Of a stretch of 64,000 nt of DNA, positions 1 to 9,624 are shown in pieces (positions within the stretch are counted from its first letter, which is position 1; every line of letters starts with the position of its first letter). Source of the DNA: Chlorobiota bacterium (GTDB lineage: Bacteria; Bacteroidota; Ignavibacteria; OLB7); the NCBI GenBank assembly GCA_021296135.1, contig JAGWAZ010000003.1, forward strand, positions 2,596 through 66,595, written 5' to 3'. The position numbers and the translations under genes were made by a program. Under the pieces are notes generated by a model. The model saw only the letters and a list, made by a program, of their open reading frames with translations. It searched no databases and was not told where the DNA came from.

Positions 1-227
1 GTGGAGATCGCTTATATACGCTGCCGTTAGCTCGAGCAGCTGCAAGTGTTGGTGTCAACGGAATCTTCTTTGAAATTCATCCACAACCTCAAGAGGCATT
101 ATCGGACGCTGCTACTCAGCTTCCGTTAGAGCAGGCTGAAGAATTTATGTATCAAACGCTGCAGTTCCACCGAATGCAGGTGAAGCTCGATGGAATCATA
201 CCAAATGAACAATCAATCAGTTTATAG
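1..227 (+). CDS. kdsA: 2-dehydro-3-deoxyphosphooctonate aldolase (KDO-8-P synthase), 3' fragment; the 5' end lies outside the window
   Basis: Frame 3 translates to ...GDRLYTLPLARAAASVGVNGIFFEIHPQPQEALSDAATQLPLEQAEEF..., which matches the KdsA C-terminus. A stop is at 225-227. kdsD follows, as expected for this pathway. Confidence 0.6.
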   Translation, partial: GDRLYTLPLARAAASVGVNGIFFEIHPQPQEALSDAATQLPLEQAEEFMYQTLQFHRMQVKLDGIIPNEQSISL

Positions 228-1230
228 CGCAGAGACATATCTTATTGATAATCCTTCAACAAGTGATGCTGAGATTATTGCTCGAGGAAGAGAGATTATC
301 GAGATAGAGCGTGATGCCCTCGGGAAGATCGTTGATCATGTTGACCAACAGTTCGGCCGCTGTATCAGGCTTCTTGAGGAATGTAAGGGTAAGATCGTCC
401 TGACCGGTCTTGGAAAGTCAGGAATCATTGCGCAAAAGATGACGGCAACACTGAACAGTACCGGCCGGCCGGCTCTCTACCTTCATCCAATCGATGCCCT
501 TCATGGCGATCTCGGCGTAATACAGCAACAAGACGTTCTGATTATCTTCTCAAAGAGTGGTGAGTCCGACGAAATTCATCGACTCTATCCTGCGATTCGT
601 GCACTGCATATTCCGATGATTGCTATTACCGGAAATACCAGGGGGTATTTAGCAAGGAAAGCAGATATAGTGTTGGATATTACTGTTGAACGGGAGGCAT
701 GCCCCTACGATCTTGCTCCGACTGCTTCGACAACGGCTATGCTTGCAATGGCCGATGCGCTGTCAGTTGTTCTGTACGAACGTGAGGGATTTACTCGCGA
801 CGACTTTGCCTCTACACATCCGGGGGGCACTATAGGTCGGCGTCTGTTACTTCACATCGAAGATATTATGAAGACTGGCGATGCATTGCCGGTAGTAAGT
901 CCTGATCAGGCGTTCAAAACGGTCATTCTTGAGATGAGTCATAAACGTCTTGGCGCTGCCCTGGTTGTTGAGGATATGATGTTGATCGGGATCATTACTG
1001 ACGGGGATCTTCGACGGATTCTTGAGCGTGATCCTGATATTCATGCCATGACTGCACGAGACATGATGACCCCAGATCCGATGACGGCTTATCCCTCTAT
1101 GGCCGGATCAAACGCACTCCAGATGCTTGAAGAACATAAACGAACACACCTGCCTGTTGTTGATGATCAGGGAGCCTTGCTCGGCATAGTACACATGCAC
1201 GATTTAATCGAGGCTGGACTTCAAGCATGA
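190..1230 (+). CDS. kdsD: Arabinose-5-phosphate isomerase (SIS domain plus tandem CBS domains), KdsD/GutQ family
   Basis: GLGKSG SIS motif, with CBS pairs at the C-terminus. The ATG at 190 overlaps the kdsA stop. The stop overlaps the next start as ATGA. Confidence 0.8.
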   Translation: MESYQMNNQSVYSAETYLIDNPSTSDAEIIARGREIIEIERDALGKIVDHVDQQFGRCIRLLEECKGKIVLTGLGKSGIIAQKMTATLNSTGRPALYLHPIDALHGDLGVIQQQDVLIIFSKSGESDEIHRLYPAIRALHIPMIAITGNTRGYLARKADIVLDITVEREACPYDLAPTASTTAMLAMADALSVVLYEREGFTRDDFASTHPGGTIGRRLLLHIEDIMKTGDALPVVSPDQAFKTVILEMSHKRLGAALVVEDMMLIGIITDGDLRRILERDPDIHAMTARDMMTPDPMTAYPSMAGSNALQMLEEHKRTHLPVVDDQGALLGIVHMHDLIEAGLQA

Positions 1231-1778
1231 AGACAGGGCGACTATATCTGATCGGACTCTTGTTCATTATTCCAATTCTGCATGGATGCGAAGACAGGGA
1301 TGACGGACCAGCAAATATTATTGAGTTGCCTGATGATCTCCCTGAGGACGAAGCAAATCACACAACAATTTTGCACAGTGATTCCGCGTGGACAAAAGCT
1401 ATCCTCGAAGCCGGTCATGCTCGAAAGTATAGAAAGCGACAGGAAACCTTGATTGATCATGGACTTCACGTCAAGTTTCTGGGCAAAGACGGCAGGATCA
1501 ACGTTATACTCAAGGCTGATAGTGCGCGACTCGACGATACCACAGGTGATATGTGTGCATTTGGAAGGGTGAACGTCTACAGTAGAAAGAACAAAACGTC
1601 TGTGAATACTGACAAGCTCTGTTATGATAGGGTGAATGAAAGATTTCATTCTGATGTGATTGTACATTTAGTTGATACCCTTAAGGGGAGATCGATCAGA
1701 GGAAAGGGGTTTGAGAGTGATGAGGGTTTGAAAGAGTACGAGATCTATCAGGTCTCAGCAGATGTGTCACGGAATTAA
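1227..1778 (+). CDS. Small membrane-anchored periplasmic protein, possibly the LPS export protein LptC
   Basis: N-terminal hydrophobic anchor (LYLIGLLFIIPILHGC). About 180 aa, beta-rich and Gly/Asp-rich. Translationally coupled to kdsD, which is the expected position of lptC after kdsD. The family assignment rests on position and size only. Confidence 0.4.
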   Translation: MKTGRLYLIGLLFIIPILHGCEDRDDGPANIIELPDDLPEDEANHTTILHSDSAWTKAILEAGHARKYRKRQETLIDHGLHVKFLGKDGRINVILKADSARLDDTTGDMCAFGRVNVYSRKNKTSVNTDKLCYDRVNERFHSDVIVHLVDTLKGRSIRGKGFESDEGLKEYEIYQVSADVSRN

Positions 1779-1780
1779 GA

Positions 1781-2551
1781 TTGAAAGTGTCAGTCCGCCA
1801 ATCTATCATAGCCGGTAACTGGAAGATGAACACTGAGCGGCAATCTTCAATCGAGCTTGCTCGGGCCATTCTCCAGGGATATCAGGAAAGGGAGAACCTT
1901 CATTTGATTCTTTGTCCTCCGGTCCCTTTTGCACTTGATGTGCGCAACGTTGTTGACAACAGTTCAATTCGGCTCGGTGCGCAGAATATGTACTACAAAG
2001 AAGAAGGGGCATACACAGGTGAAGTATCTCCCTCGATGCTTCTTTCGGTCGGTTGTCAGTATGTTATTCTGGGGCATTCGGAGCGAAGAACGATCTTTGG
2101 CGAAACGGATAATGATGTTAAGCTTAAAATGCGCACTGCTATCGGTCACGGGTTGATTCCTATTGTATGTGTTGGCGAAACTGAAGGCGAACGTGAAAGC
2201 GGAGAGACGTTCAGTCTGCTAAAGCGTCAGCTCGAAGCGGCTTTTGAAGAGGTGTTGCCGGAAGATGGACTGAAAACCGTTGTGGCCTATGAGCCTATCT
2301 GGGCAATTGGGACCGGTAAGACAGCAACACCTGAGATTGCTCAGGAAGCCCATCGGTACATTCGTCGGCTTCTCCAGGAACTGGTCAGTAGCTCGGTTGC
2401 GGGACAAATACCGATTCTATACGGTGGAAGTGTCAAACCATCCAATGCAGCCGAGTTGTTTGTTCAGCCTGATATTGATGGAGGTTTGATTGGAGGCGCA
2501 TCCCTTATACCAAAGGATTTTCTCGCAATTGTTCAAGCGCCAACTATCTGA
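1781..2551 (+). CDS. tpiA: Triosephosphate isomerase (TTG or GTG start)
   Basis: IAGNWKMN N-terminal motif, plus GHSERR and AYEPIWAIGTG motifs. Confidence 0.9.
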   Translation: MKVSVRQSIIAGNWKMNTERQSSIELARAILQGYQERENLHLILCPPVPFALDVRNVVDNSSIRLGAQNMYYKEEGAYTGEVSPSMLLSVGCQYVILGHSERRTIFGETDNDVKLKMRTAIGHGLIPIVCVGETEGERESGETFSLLKRQLEAAFEEVLPEDGLKTVVAYEPIWAIGTGKTATPEIAQEAHRYIRRLLQELVSSSVAGQIPILYGGSVKPSNAAELFVQPDIDGGLIGGASLIPKDFLAIVQAPTI

Positions 2552-2572
2552 TACGTTACTTCTCGAGAACTC

Positions 2573-4108
2573 ATGACCATTCGACTTGACGGGGAAAATC
2601 TGACAATTCGTGACGCAGCTCGTATCGCATACGATACATCAGTCTTTGTAGAATTGGCAGACTCAGTCCTTTCTCGTATCCGGCGTTCAAGAGACCTGAT
2701 AGATGATTGGGTAAATCGCGAGGAGATCATCTATGGGGTTACAACCGGCTTCGGTGAGTTTGCAAACATAGTCATCAGTCGGGATGAGCTGGAGATACTT
2801 CAAGCGAATTTGATTCGAAGCCATGCTATTGGAGCAGGTAAGCCGATGGAAGTCCCTCTCGTCAGAGCAATGATTGCCTTGCGTGTTAACGCCCTGGCCA
2901 AAGGCTTCAGTGGTATTCGAATCGAGACGGTGAAGACGTTGCTTGAAATGCTCAACAAGAACGTAATCCCCGTTGTTCCAAAACAAGGTTCGGTCGGCTC
3001 GTCAGGCGATCTTGTTCAACTTGCTCACCTTGTTCTTGCGGGAATGGGTGAGGGACATGTGTGGAAGGATGACAAGGCAGTGCCTGCAGGCCCTGAACTT
3101 GAAGAGAAGGGAATTTCTCCCTTGAACCTCACCGCAAAGGAAGGACTGGCTCTTATCAATGGAACACAAATGATGACGGCCTATGGCATCCTTGCGCTTG
3201 ATAAAGCACGCAGGCTGGTGACAACTGCCGATATCGTTGGCGCGTTGTCGGTTGAGGCATTGAAAGGTACTGATAGAGCATATGATGAACGGCTTCATAA
3301 CGCTCGACCACATGCTGGACAACAAACGGTTGCCTCGAATCTTCGGGCGTTGATGGAAGGCTCCGAGATTCGTGAGTCACATCGCCATGGTGATGATCGA
3401 GTGCAGGATGCCTATTCGCTACGTTGCATTCCACAGATTCATGGCGCGAGTCGTGATGCCATTGATTATGTGTATTCGGTTCTCCAGATCGAGATTAACA
3501 GTGCTACTGACAATCCCTTGATCTTTCCTGATGATCAGGAATATATCGAAGGAGGGAACTTCCATGGTCAGCCCGTAGCTCTTGCTCTGGACTTCCTGAC
3601 TATTGCTTTATCCGAGCTCTCGAACGTCTCTGAACGACGTACAGAGCGATTGGTGAATGGAGCTTTGAGCAGATTGCCCCACTTTCTGACAACACAGGGA
3701 GGATTGAACAGTGGATATATGATAGCTCAATATACTGCTGCCTCGATAGTGAGCGAGAATAAAGTGCTTGCGCATCCGGCTTCTGTTGATTCGATACCCA
3801 CCTCTGCAAACCAGGAAGATCATAACTCCATGGGATCGATTGCTGCTCGAAAGAGTTTGAGGGTGGCTGAGAATCTGGAGAGTGTGCTTGCAATAGAGTA
3901 TCTCTGTTCGTGCCAGGGCATCGATTTCCGTCATCCACTCAAGCCAGGGCTTGCTCTGATTCCTCCGTACGAACTTCTCAGGGCTCATGTGCCACATCTG
4001 AAACAGGACAGAGTCCTTCACGATGATTTTACGAGTGCCCGAAAACTGATTGCCGACGGAGAGGTACTCTCTGCAGTAGAGACTGTGCTTGCTGATCGTT
4101 TACGATAA
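2573..4108 (+). CDS. hutH: Histidine/aromatic amino acid ammonia-lyase (HAL/PAL family, MIO-dependent)
   Basis: GSVGSSGDL loop (MIO triad region). Family-wide similarity along the full 511 aa. Confidence 0.8.
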   Translation: MTIRLDGENLTIRDAARIAYDTSVFVELADSVLSRIRRSRDLIDDWVNREEIIYGVTTGFGEFANIVISRDELEILQANLIRSHAIGAGKPMEVPLVRAMIALRVNALAKGFSGIRIETVKTLLEMLNKNVIPVVPKQGSVGSSGDLVQLAHLVLAGMGEGHVWKDDKAVPAGPELEEKGISPLNLTAKEGLALINGTQMMTAYGILALDKARRLVTTADIVGALSVEALKGTDRAYDERLHNARPHAGQQTVASNLRALMEGSEIRESHRHGDDRVQDAYSLRCIPQIHGASRDAIDYVYSVLQIEINSATDNPLIFPDDQEYIEGGNFHGQPVALALDFLTIALSELSNVSERRTERLVNGALSRLPHFLTTQGGLNSGYMIAQYTAASIVSENKVLAHPASVDSIPTSANQEDHNSMGSIAARKSLRVAENLESVLAIEYLCSCQGIDFRHPLKPGLALIPPYELLRAHVPHLKQDRVLHDDFTSARKLIADGEVLSAVETVLADRLR

Positions 4109-4138
4109 TCAAATGTAGTTGCCTGATAGCACGGTATT

Positions 4139-4600
4139 ATGTTTACAACGCTTCGTTCAAAGATATTTGCCGGCTTTGCAGCTATCATTACCGTAAACAT
4201 AGTTGTAATGTTATGGACAATCTATAATTTCTCAGGGATTGGTGAGCGTGTCGAAGATATTCCACTTCTTGCTTCATACTTTGTCCAACAGTATCAGCCT
4301 GAGAACAATGAAGGGTTGCAGCTTTCAGAGGAAGCATTGAGCGCGATCAAGGCCTACAACTGGCAAGGTAACGTCCGTGAACTTGAAAATGTGATCAGCC
4401 GTGCAGCTTATCTTGCTCGAGGAAATGAAATCTCTCTGGATGATTTGCCAGAAGATTTTCAGGCTCTCCGCGCGAATGAGTTGGGGAGTTCTCAACGACT
4501 GGAAGATGTGGAGAGAGAACACATTCAGAGAGTAATTGCGGAATCAGAGAGCTACGAGAAGGCGGCGCACAAACTGAATATCGATCCTGCAACACTTTGA
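4139..4600 (+). pseudogene. Remnant of a sigma-54-dependent transcriptional activator (NtrC family): only the tail of the AAA+ domain and the Fis-type HTH remain
   Basis: RVEDIPLLASYF...YNWQGNVRELENVISRA matches the C-terminal end of the sigma-54 interaction domain, followed by an HTH. The P-loop/GAFTGA part and receiver domain are absent. The first 35 aa are an unrelated hydrophobic stretch. Confidence 0.6.
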
Positions 4601-4719
4601 AGGAAGAGAAAGAAATATAACTTATGAACAAGAAAAGGTTCATAAGGGAAAGTAGAGAAGTGAGTCAAGCAGAATGAAAGAGTGAAGTTGTCCAACGTTC
4701 TGCACTTTTTCTTCTACTT

Positions 4720-5544
4720 TTATTTGACCTCCCTGAGACTTTCGAGCGATATCTTTTCGACGTGAGACATCTTCCTTCCGAGAAACCTTTCACCTACTTC
4801 AACAAATTTGTGGGGGAAGTCGCTCAAGAAGTATAGGTGAAAGGGTGGAGTCTCACTATCATTGAGTAAGTCTTGTGAACAGAGGGTATCAAAGACAAAT
4901 TGTGCTGTTTCGCGCCCTGGATCGATAAGCTGAACACTATCACCGGTAACGCGAGCTAAAGCCGGTTCAAGAATTGGGTAATGAGTGCAGCCCATGATCA
5001 TCGTGTCAATAGATTGAGCGAGGAGGGGGTCAAGATAATCGTGTATGATAAGATCGGTGGCTGGGTGGTCTACTAATCCTTCTTCACTAAAACCGACAAG
5101 AAGAGGACATGCCATGGATGTAACTGTTGCACCAGTATTCATTTCTGTTATTGCATCTTTATAGGCCTCTGATCTTACTGTCCCTTCAGTACCAATTACA
5201 CCAATACGCTGACTTGTAGTGGCTGCCACGGCGCCTAAAGCACCCGGCTCAATTACTCCAATAACCGGAACTGATGCAATAGATGATGCGTATTCAAGGG
5301 CAACCGCACTGGCAGTATTGCATGCAATAATGATCAGCTTGACGTCCTTCTTCTCAAGAAATCCGACAGCCTGTTTGGTGTAGTGTCGTACCGTCTCAGT
5401 CGATTTCGAACCGTATGGGACGTGAGCAGAGTCACCGAAGTAGAGCGTGTTCTCCTGCGGCATGATCTCCATAACGCGTCGGGCAACAGTCAACCCGCCA
5501 ATGCCCGAATCAAACAAGCCTATCGGTTTGCTCTTTTCGTTCAT
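4720..5544 (-). CDS. murI: Glutamate racemase
   Basis: DSGIGGLTV and CNTAS motifs. 274 aa. Confidence 0.85.
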   Translation of the reverse strand: MNEKSKPIGLFDSGIGGLTVARRVMEIMPQENTLYFGDSAHVPYGSKSTETVRHYTKQAVGFLEKKDVKLIIIACNTASAVALEYASSIASVPVIGVIEPGALGAVAATTSQRIGVIGTEGTVRSEAYKDAITEMNTGATVTSMACPLLVGFSEEGLVDHPATDLIIHDYLDPLLAQSIDTMIMGCTHYPILEPALARVTGDSVQLIDPGRETAQFVFDTLCSQDLLNDSETPPFHLYFLSDFPHKFVEVGERFLGRKMSHVEKISLESLREVK

Positions 5545-5547
5545 AAT

Positions 5548-6144
5548 TTATCGGAAACTCTCTTCTGAACGTGAGTGTTTGATCGTAGCCCAGGCTGATT
5601 CTGCATCAAATGGAGAAGTCTGAAACGGACAGTGGTTATCATTGGTTGCACTCGGATCTTTTGTATGACATGAATAACAATCGGCAAGATCCCCGCTTGA
5701 TCCTCCAAATCGCTCCATCATCTCTTGGTCCTTCATTATTGTCGATTGGATATACTGACTACCCGGGCCGTGACATCGTTCGCATCCAATTCCTTGTTGA
5801 TGAAGGAGCTTTTCAAACTCATCTTGTCCTTTGCGCCCAAGAGTCGAATGGCATTGAAGACAGTTATCAATAGAAATGTTCTCTGATTGCAAGTAGGCTT
5901 GCGCGGAGTCCGTGTCGAGAATCTGCAAAGCCGATCTATGTGGCCCACTCTCCCAAACTGGAAAGATCGAACCTGATGCGAGAGAGGAGTGGCAAGATTG
6001 ACAACTCTGGACTCCTACGTAATCTGCCTTAACAGGTGCACTATTGAAATGGATCAATAATCCTGCTATGATCACAAGTGAAGTACAGAAGAAGAACGCA
6101 CTGATCTTGAGCATAATGACATGTAAGATATGAAACCCGTTCAC
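5548..6144 (-). CDS. Membrane-anchored tetraheme c-type cytochrome
   Basis: Four CxxCH motifs (CQSCH, CLQCH, CERCH, CYSCH). N-terminal transmembrane helix. Confidence 0.75.
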   Translation of the reverse strand: MNGFHILHVIMLKISAFFFCTSLVIIAGLLIHFNSAPVKADYVGVQSCQSCHSSLASGSIFPVWESGPHRSALQILDTDSAQAYLQSENISIDNCLQCHSTLGRKGQDEFEKLLHQQGIGCERCHGPGSQYIQSTIMKDQEMMERFGGSSGDLADCYSCHTKDPSATNDNHCPFQTSPFDAESAWATIKHSRSEESFR

Positions 6145-6183
6145 GAAAGTCTATCGAGAGCTTCGTAAGGATTTGCGCTTCCA

Positions 6184-8400
6184 ATGTCCCGTCGTATATT
6201 TGAGGCCTCTCTTTTACATAATGCATGTAAGGAGTTTTCAACATCGGAATTAAGTGGATCGACTTCCGGAACAAACGCATCAACCGCTATGACGGCACAG
6301 GAAAACCTACAACAACAATCGGAAGAACAGAACGGTAATCAACAACAGAGCGAAACCCAACAAGCAGTCGCTACTGAAGTTGAAAAACAGCCTAATGTAG
6401 AGCAACCGGAGATCTCGACATCAGAGGAGGTGAAAGGGCGGAACGGTAATCAACAAGAGGATATCGCTCATGTAGTCGTTGCTGAAGTTGAAGAAGGGAG
6501 AGAGAATAATGACGAGGGAGAGCAGGCCTCCACTTCAGAGATGATCGAAAGCGCACCGAGCATCGTTGTTAACGAAGATAACGCTTCATCTTCTACAGCG
6601 ACTGTTCGTGAGGATCAGCAATCCGTTTTGGCAATTGCTCCTCCGGCCTCAACTCCTGAAACGACCAAACCAGCAGAGACTCAAAGTCAAGAGGTTTCGA
6701 CAAGTATAGAGGGTCCAACATCGACTGCAAACGAATCAGAATCAACCGAAGCTTCTGCACCATCCACAAGTGAAGATAGCCCTGAAGGAGATACTCCAGC
6801 TGGTGAAGAGACCAAGGAGGAGGGTGGTGTACAGCTCGAAGAAATGAAGAGGGTTTGGTCTGAGTTAGGGGCAGCAAAGGAGAATCGATCTATAGTTGAA
6901 ATGAAAGTGACCGGTATGAATAGAGGAGGTGTTGTTGGTGAATACAACAGTGTGGAGATATTTGTGCCTCAATCTCACTGGAGCATATCGCGACAATCGG
7001 GCTCAACAGATGCTTTGGTCGGTCAGAGCTTCCCAGTTCAAATCCTTGAGATCACTCAATTCGAAACTGATGCACGAAGAGTGACTGGTACTCGACGTTC
7101 AATTCTGCGCAAGGAGTTGTTGGAGAATCTGAAAGAGGGAGATAAAGTGACGGGGCGAGTATCGACCTTAACTGATTTTGGTGCCTTCGTAGATCTCGGT
7201 GGAGTTGATGGACTTCTTCACGTCTCAGAGATCAGCTATGAACGGAGCAAGATACCGAATGACTTGTTGAAAAAAGGACAAGAAATTGAGGTACTTGTTA
7301 AGAAGATCGAGAACGGTGGCAAACGTATCTCTCTGAGCAGGAAAGAGTTGCTTGAGTCTCCCTGGTCAGGAGTTGGCGAGAAGTTCCCTCTTGAGTCAAC
7401 ACAGAATGGTAGGGTTGTCAGTCTTACGGAGATAGGAGCCTTTGTTCAGCTCGAGCCGGGCATTGTTGGACTGATTCGTCCTCGCGAAATATCATGGACA
7501 CAACGGGTTCATTCGGCTGCCGATGTTCTCTCTGTGGGTCAGGAAGTTACTGTTGTTGTGCTGAGTCTGGATGAGTCAAAGGAGCGGATAAGTCTCAGTC
7601 TGAAACGGGCCGAAGAGAATCCATGGCCCGGTATTGTTGACAAGTTCTCCGGTGATCAAACCTGGCAGGGTGTTGTTAGGGAGCTTTCGAACAAAGGTGT
7701 TGTTGTCAACGTCGAAGGAGTGGAAGGATTCCTGCCACGTGGACGTATGGGGCGCGAAGCAAACAAGCTGACCGGGATGAAGGTTGGGGATACCTTGACC
7801 GTGAGAGTCGTTGAAATTGATCCAAAACGACCGTCGATCATTTTCAGTCTTCCACGAGAAGGTGGTGGAAGCAGGGGTAGAGGAAATCGAGGTGGGGAAG
7901 GACGACGTGGCCGTGATGGGAATGATCGACCCACAACTCCGGTGCAGCCAGTCAACGAAATAAAATCCTCTGAAACCGTTGGTAACTTCTCACTCGGTGA
8001 TATGCTGGGTGATGCTTCCAAGGAAAAGTTGGGCGTTGAGCCGGCAAAGGAGGAAACTCCCGCTCCCGTTGCCAAAACCGAATTGAAGCAGGGCGAGAGT
8101 GAAGAGAAGGCAGAGAAGGCAGAGAAGAGTGGGGTTGAGTCTGCACCCCCATCTGAACCCTTGAAACAGGACGAGGCGTATACTGAAGTCAGCTCGATCG
8201 AGAAGACTTCATCTGAGGTTGTCGAAGAAAATAATTCGGTGAGTACCCCCGAAGAGCCAGGTGCTGATACGTCAGATGATAATTTTTCGGCCGAGCCTGT
8301 CTCTACCAAAGAGAGTTCTCCTGAGTCTACCGTAGAGAATAGCGTTGAAGAACAGATCGGTTCGAACCAGGATGAGAATCCTGAAGAGGTGAAGGCGTAA
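6184..8400 (+). CDS. S1 RNA-binding domain protein (four S1 domains) with long acidic low-complexity N- and C-terminal extensions and an RGG box; atypical RpsA-like
   Basis: Four repeats of the GxxVxGxVxxLTxFGAFVxL... S1 motif between about aa 225 and 560. There is a GSRGRGNRGGEGRRGRDGNDR stretch. The termini are Q/E/S/T-rich. Confidence 0.7.
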   Translation: MSRRIFEASLLHNACKEFSTSELSGSTSGTNASTAMTAQENLQQQSEEQNGNQQQSETQQAVATEVEKQPNVEQPEISTSEEVKGRNGNQQEDIAHVVVAEVEEGRENNDEGEQASTSEMIESAPSIVVNEDNASSSTATVREDQQSVLAIAPPASTPETTKPAETQSQEVSTSIEGPTSTANESESTEASAPSTSEDSPEGDTPAGEETKEEGGVQLEEMKRVWSELGAAKENRSIVEMKVTGMNRGGVVGEYNSVEIFVPQSHWSISRQSGSTDALVGQSFPVQILEITQFETDARRVTGTRRSILRKELLENLKEGDKVTGRVSTLTDFGAFVDLGGVDGLLHVSEISYERSKIPNDLLKKGQEIEVLVKKIENGGKRISLSRKELLESPWSGVGEKFPLESTQNGRVVSLTEIGAFVQLEPGIVGLIRPREISWTQRVHSAADVLSVGQEVTVVVLSLDESKERISLSLKRAEENPWPGIVDKFSGDQTWQGVVRELSNKGVVVNVEGVEGFLPRGRMGREANKLTGMKVGDTLTVRVVEIDPKRPSIIFSLPREGGGSRGRGNRGGEGRRGRDGNDRPTTPVQPVNEIKSSETVGNFSLGDMLGDASKEKLGVEPAKEETPAPVAKTELKQGESEEKAEKAEKSGVESAPPSEPLKQDEAYTEVSSIEKTSSEVVEENNSVSTPEEPGADTSDDNFSAEPVSTKESSPESTVENSVEEQIGSNQDENPEEVKA

Positions 8401-8496
8401 GACAATAGAGTGGAGAATCCCGACGTGTACGCGCTTCAGATCCATAGAATTCTGAAGCGCGTATTAATTTTTTGCTATAATTTTATTGAGTTAATT

Positions 8497-8582
8497 GCCC
8501 GGGTGGCGGAATTGGCAGACGCATCAGACTTAAAATCTGAAGTTCCGTAAGGCGCGTGGGGGTTCGAGTCCCTCCCCGGGTA
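8497..8582 (+). tRNA. tRNA-Leu (anticodon UAA), type II with long variable arm
   Basis: Hand-folded cloverleaf. Acceptor GCCCGGG/CCCGGGT, anticodon loop CTTAAAA, long variable arm, T-loop GGTTCGAGTCC. Confidence 0.8.
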
Positions 8583-9624
8583 CAGCTGTTAGGGAGGAGG
8601 GTGGAAGGAAGAAGCGAATAATCGCTCATATATGGATAAGGCCTTTGCTTTTTTAATCCGAATAGTAAGTTCATAAACTACCTAACTATCGCCATACGCT
8701 TGCTCAAGCTATACTCGCGGTCTGTAACAAGCATTCAGATTACCGGCCACACTCAGCCACAGATCGAGATAGACAAGCATACATGGATCTATGGTGATCT
8801 TGCTTGAAAGCTCCTTGAAGCTTCCAAAAGCATAGTCACGAAAGAGCTGATTTTGCTTGTAGAAGTACTGGGCAACGTAGACAAGTAGGAAGCTCGCTGG
8901 TAAAATGATTATGCCAGAACAGTGTCATCTTTTCCCCAAACGCATGTTCAGGCTTACGCATCGAATCAAACTACCATTCCTGCAGTCCTAGTGCCCAGGC
9001 AAGGTATTGCTGCTGCTCAGCGTTTCCTACAACTGGAAAAGGTTGCTGACTTGTCCAATTTCCCGGAGGGGATGTATCAACAGCAGCATTGTGATTACTA
9101 CTGTTGTGGGATCAGATGCCAATGCCTGGTCAATTGCAGATGATGAAAGGCCAAAACCGACTCTTCGCAAGAGATGAGCAGCCTTTGCTGCATCCTATGG
9201 ATCATCCTGCGTCGGTCTCCACGGTGTCAAATCGGCGTCACTACCGGCTGAGAGCCATGTGGGTGGGAACGTTACAGGGATGCCATCGGAGCGTCCCACA
9301 GGTGTTTTCCTGATGTTTTTTTGTGAGACTGTTGGAATATCCATTGATTGCCTTCTGATTCGGCACTAAAAACATGATTTGCAATGAACCGGATGCGATT
9401 CGTTACGTTTTAAAACTACGATGTATTGGTGGCATATACCAACCAACCTTCGGCCGCGATACAATGGATACACCGGTTGAAAAGAGCCAGGATTATTTTT
9501 TGACTTGTCCATTTTTTGGGAATACTTTTTTTCTTATCAGTTGTGATAACGAGTCACAAGCGGTTCGTATCTTTATAACTTTATAGTTGAAACTATCATC
9601 CTACAGCTATTGGAACCGAAAGTA

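Noticed and set aside
1242-1667. 141-aa minus-strand ORF
   Set aside because: It is antisense to the LptC-like gene that is translationally coupled to kdsD. It has no motifs.
7656-8405. 249-aa minus-strand ORF antisense to the S1-domain gene
   Set aside because: It lies entirely within the better-supported plus-strand S1 CDS, in its low-complexity Ser/Glu-rich tail. The antisense frame is Ser/Pro/Thr-rich filler with no motifs.
8483-8674. 63-aa minus-strand ORF
   Set aside because: Overlaps the tRNA-Leu(UAA) gene. It is an artefact of the structured tRNA sequence.
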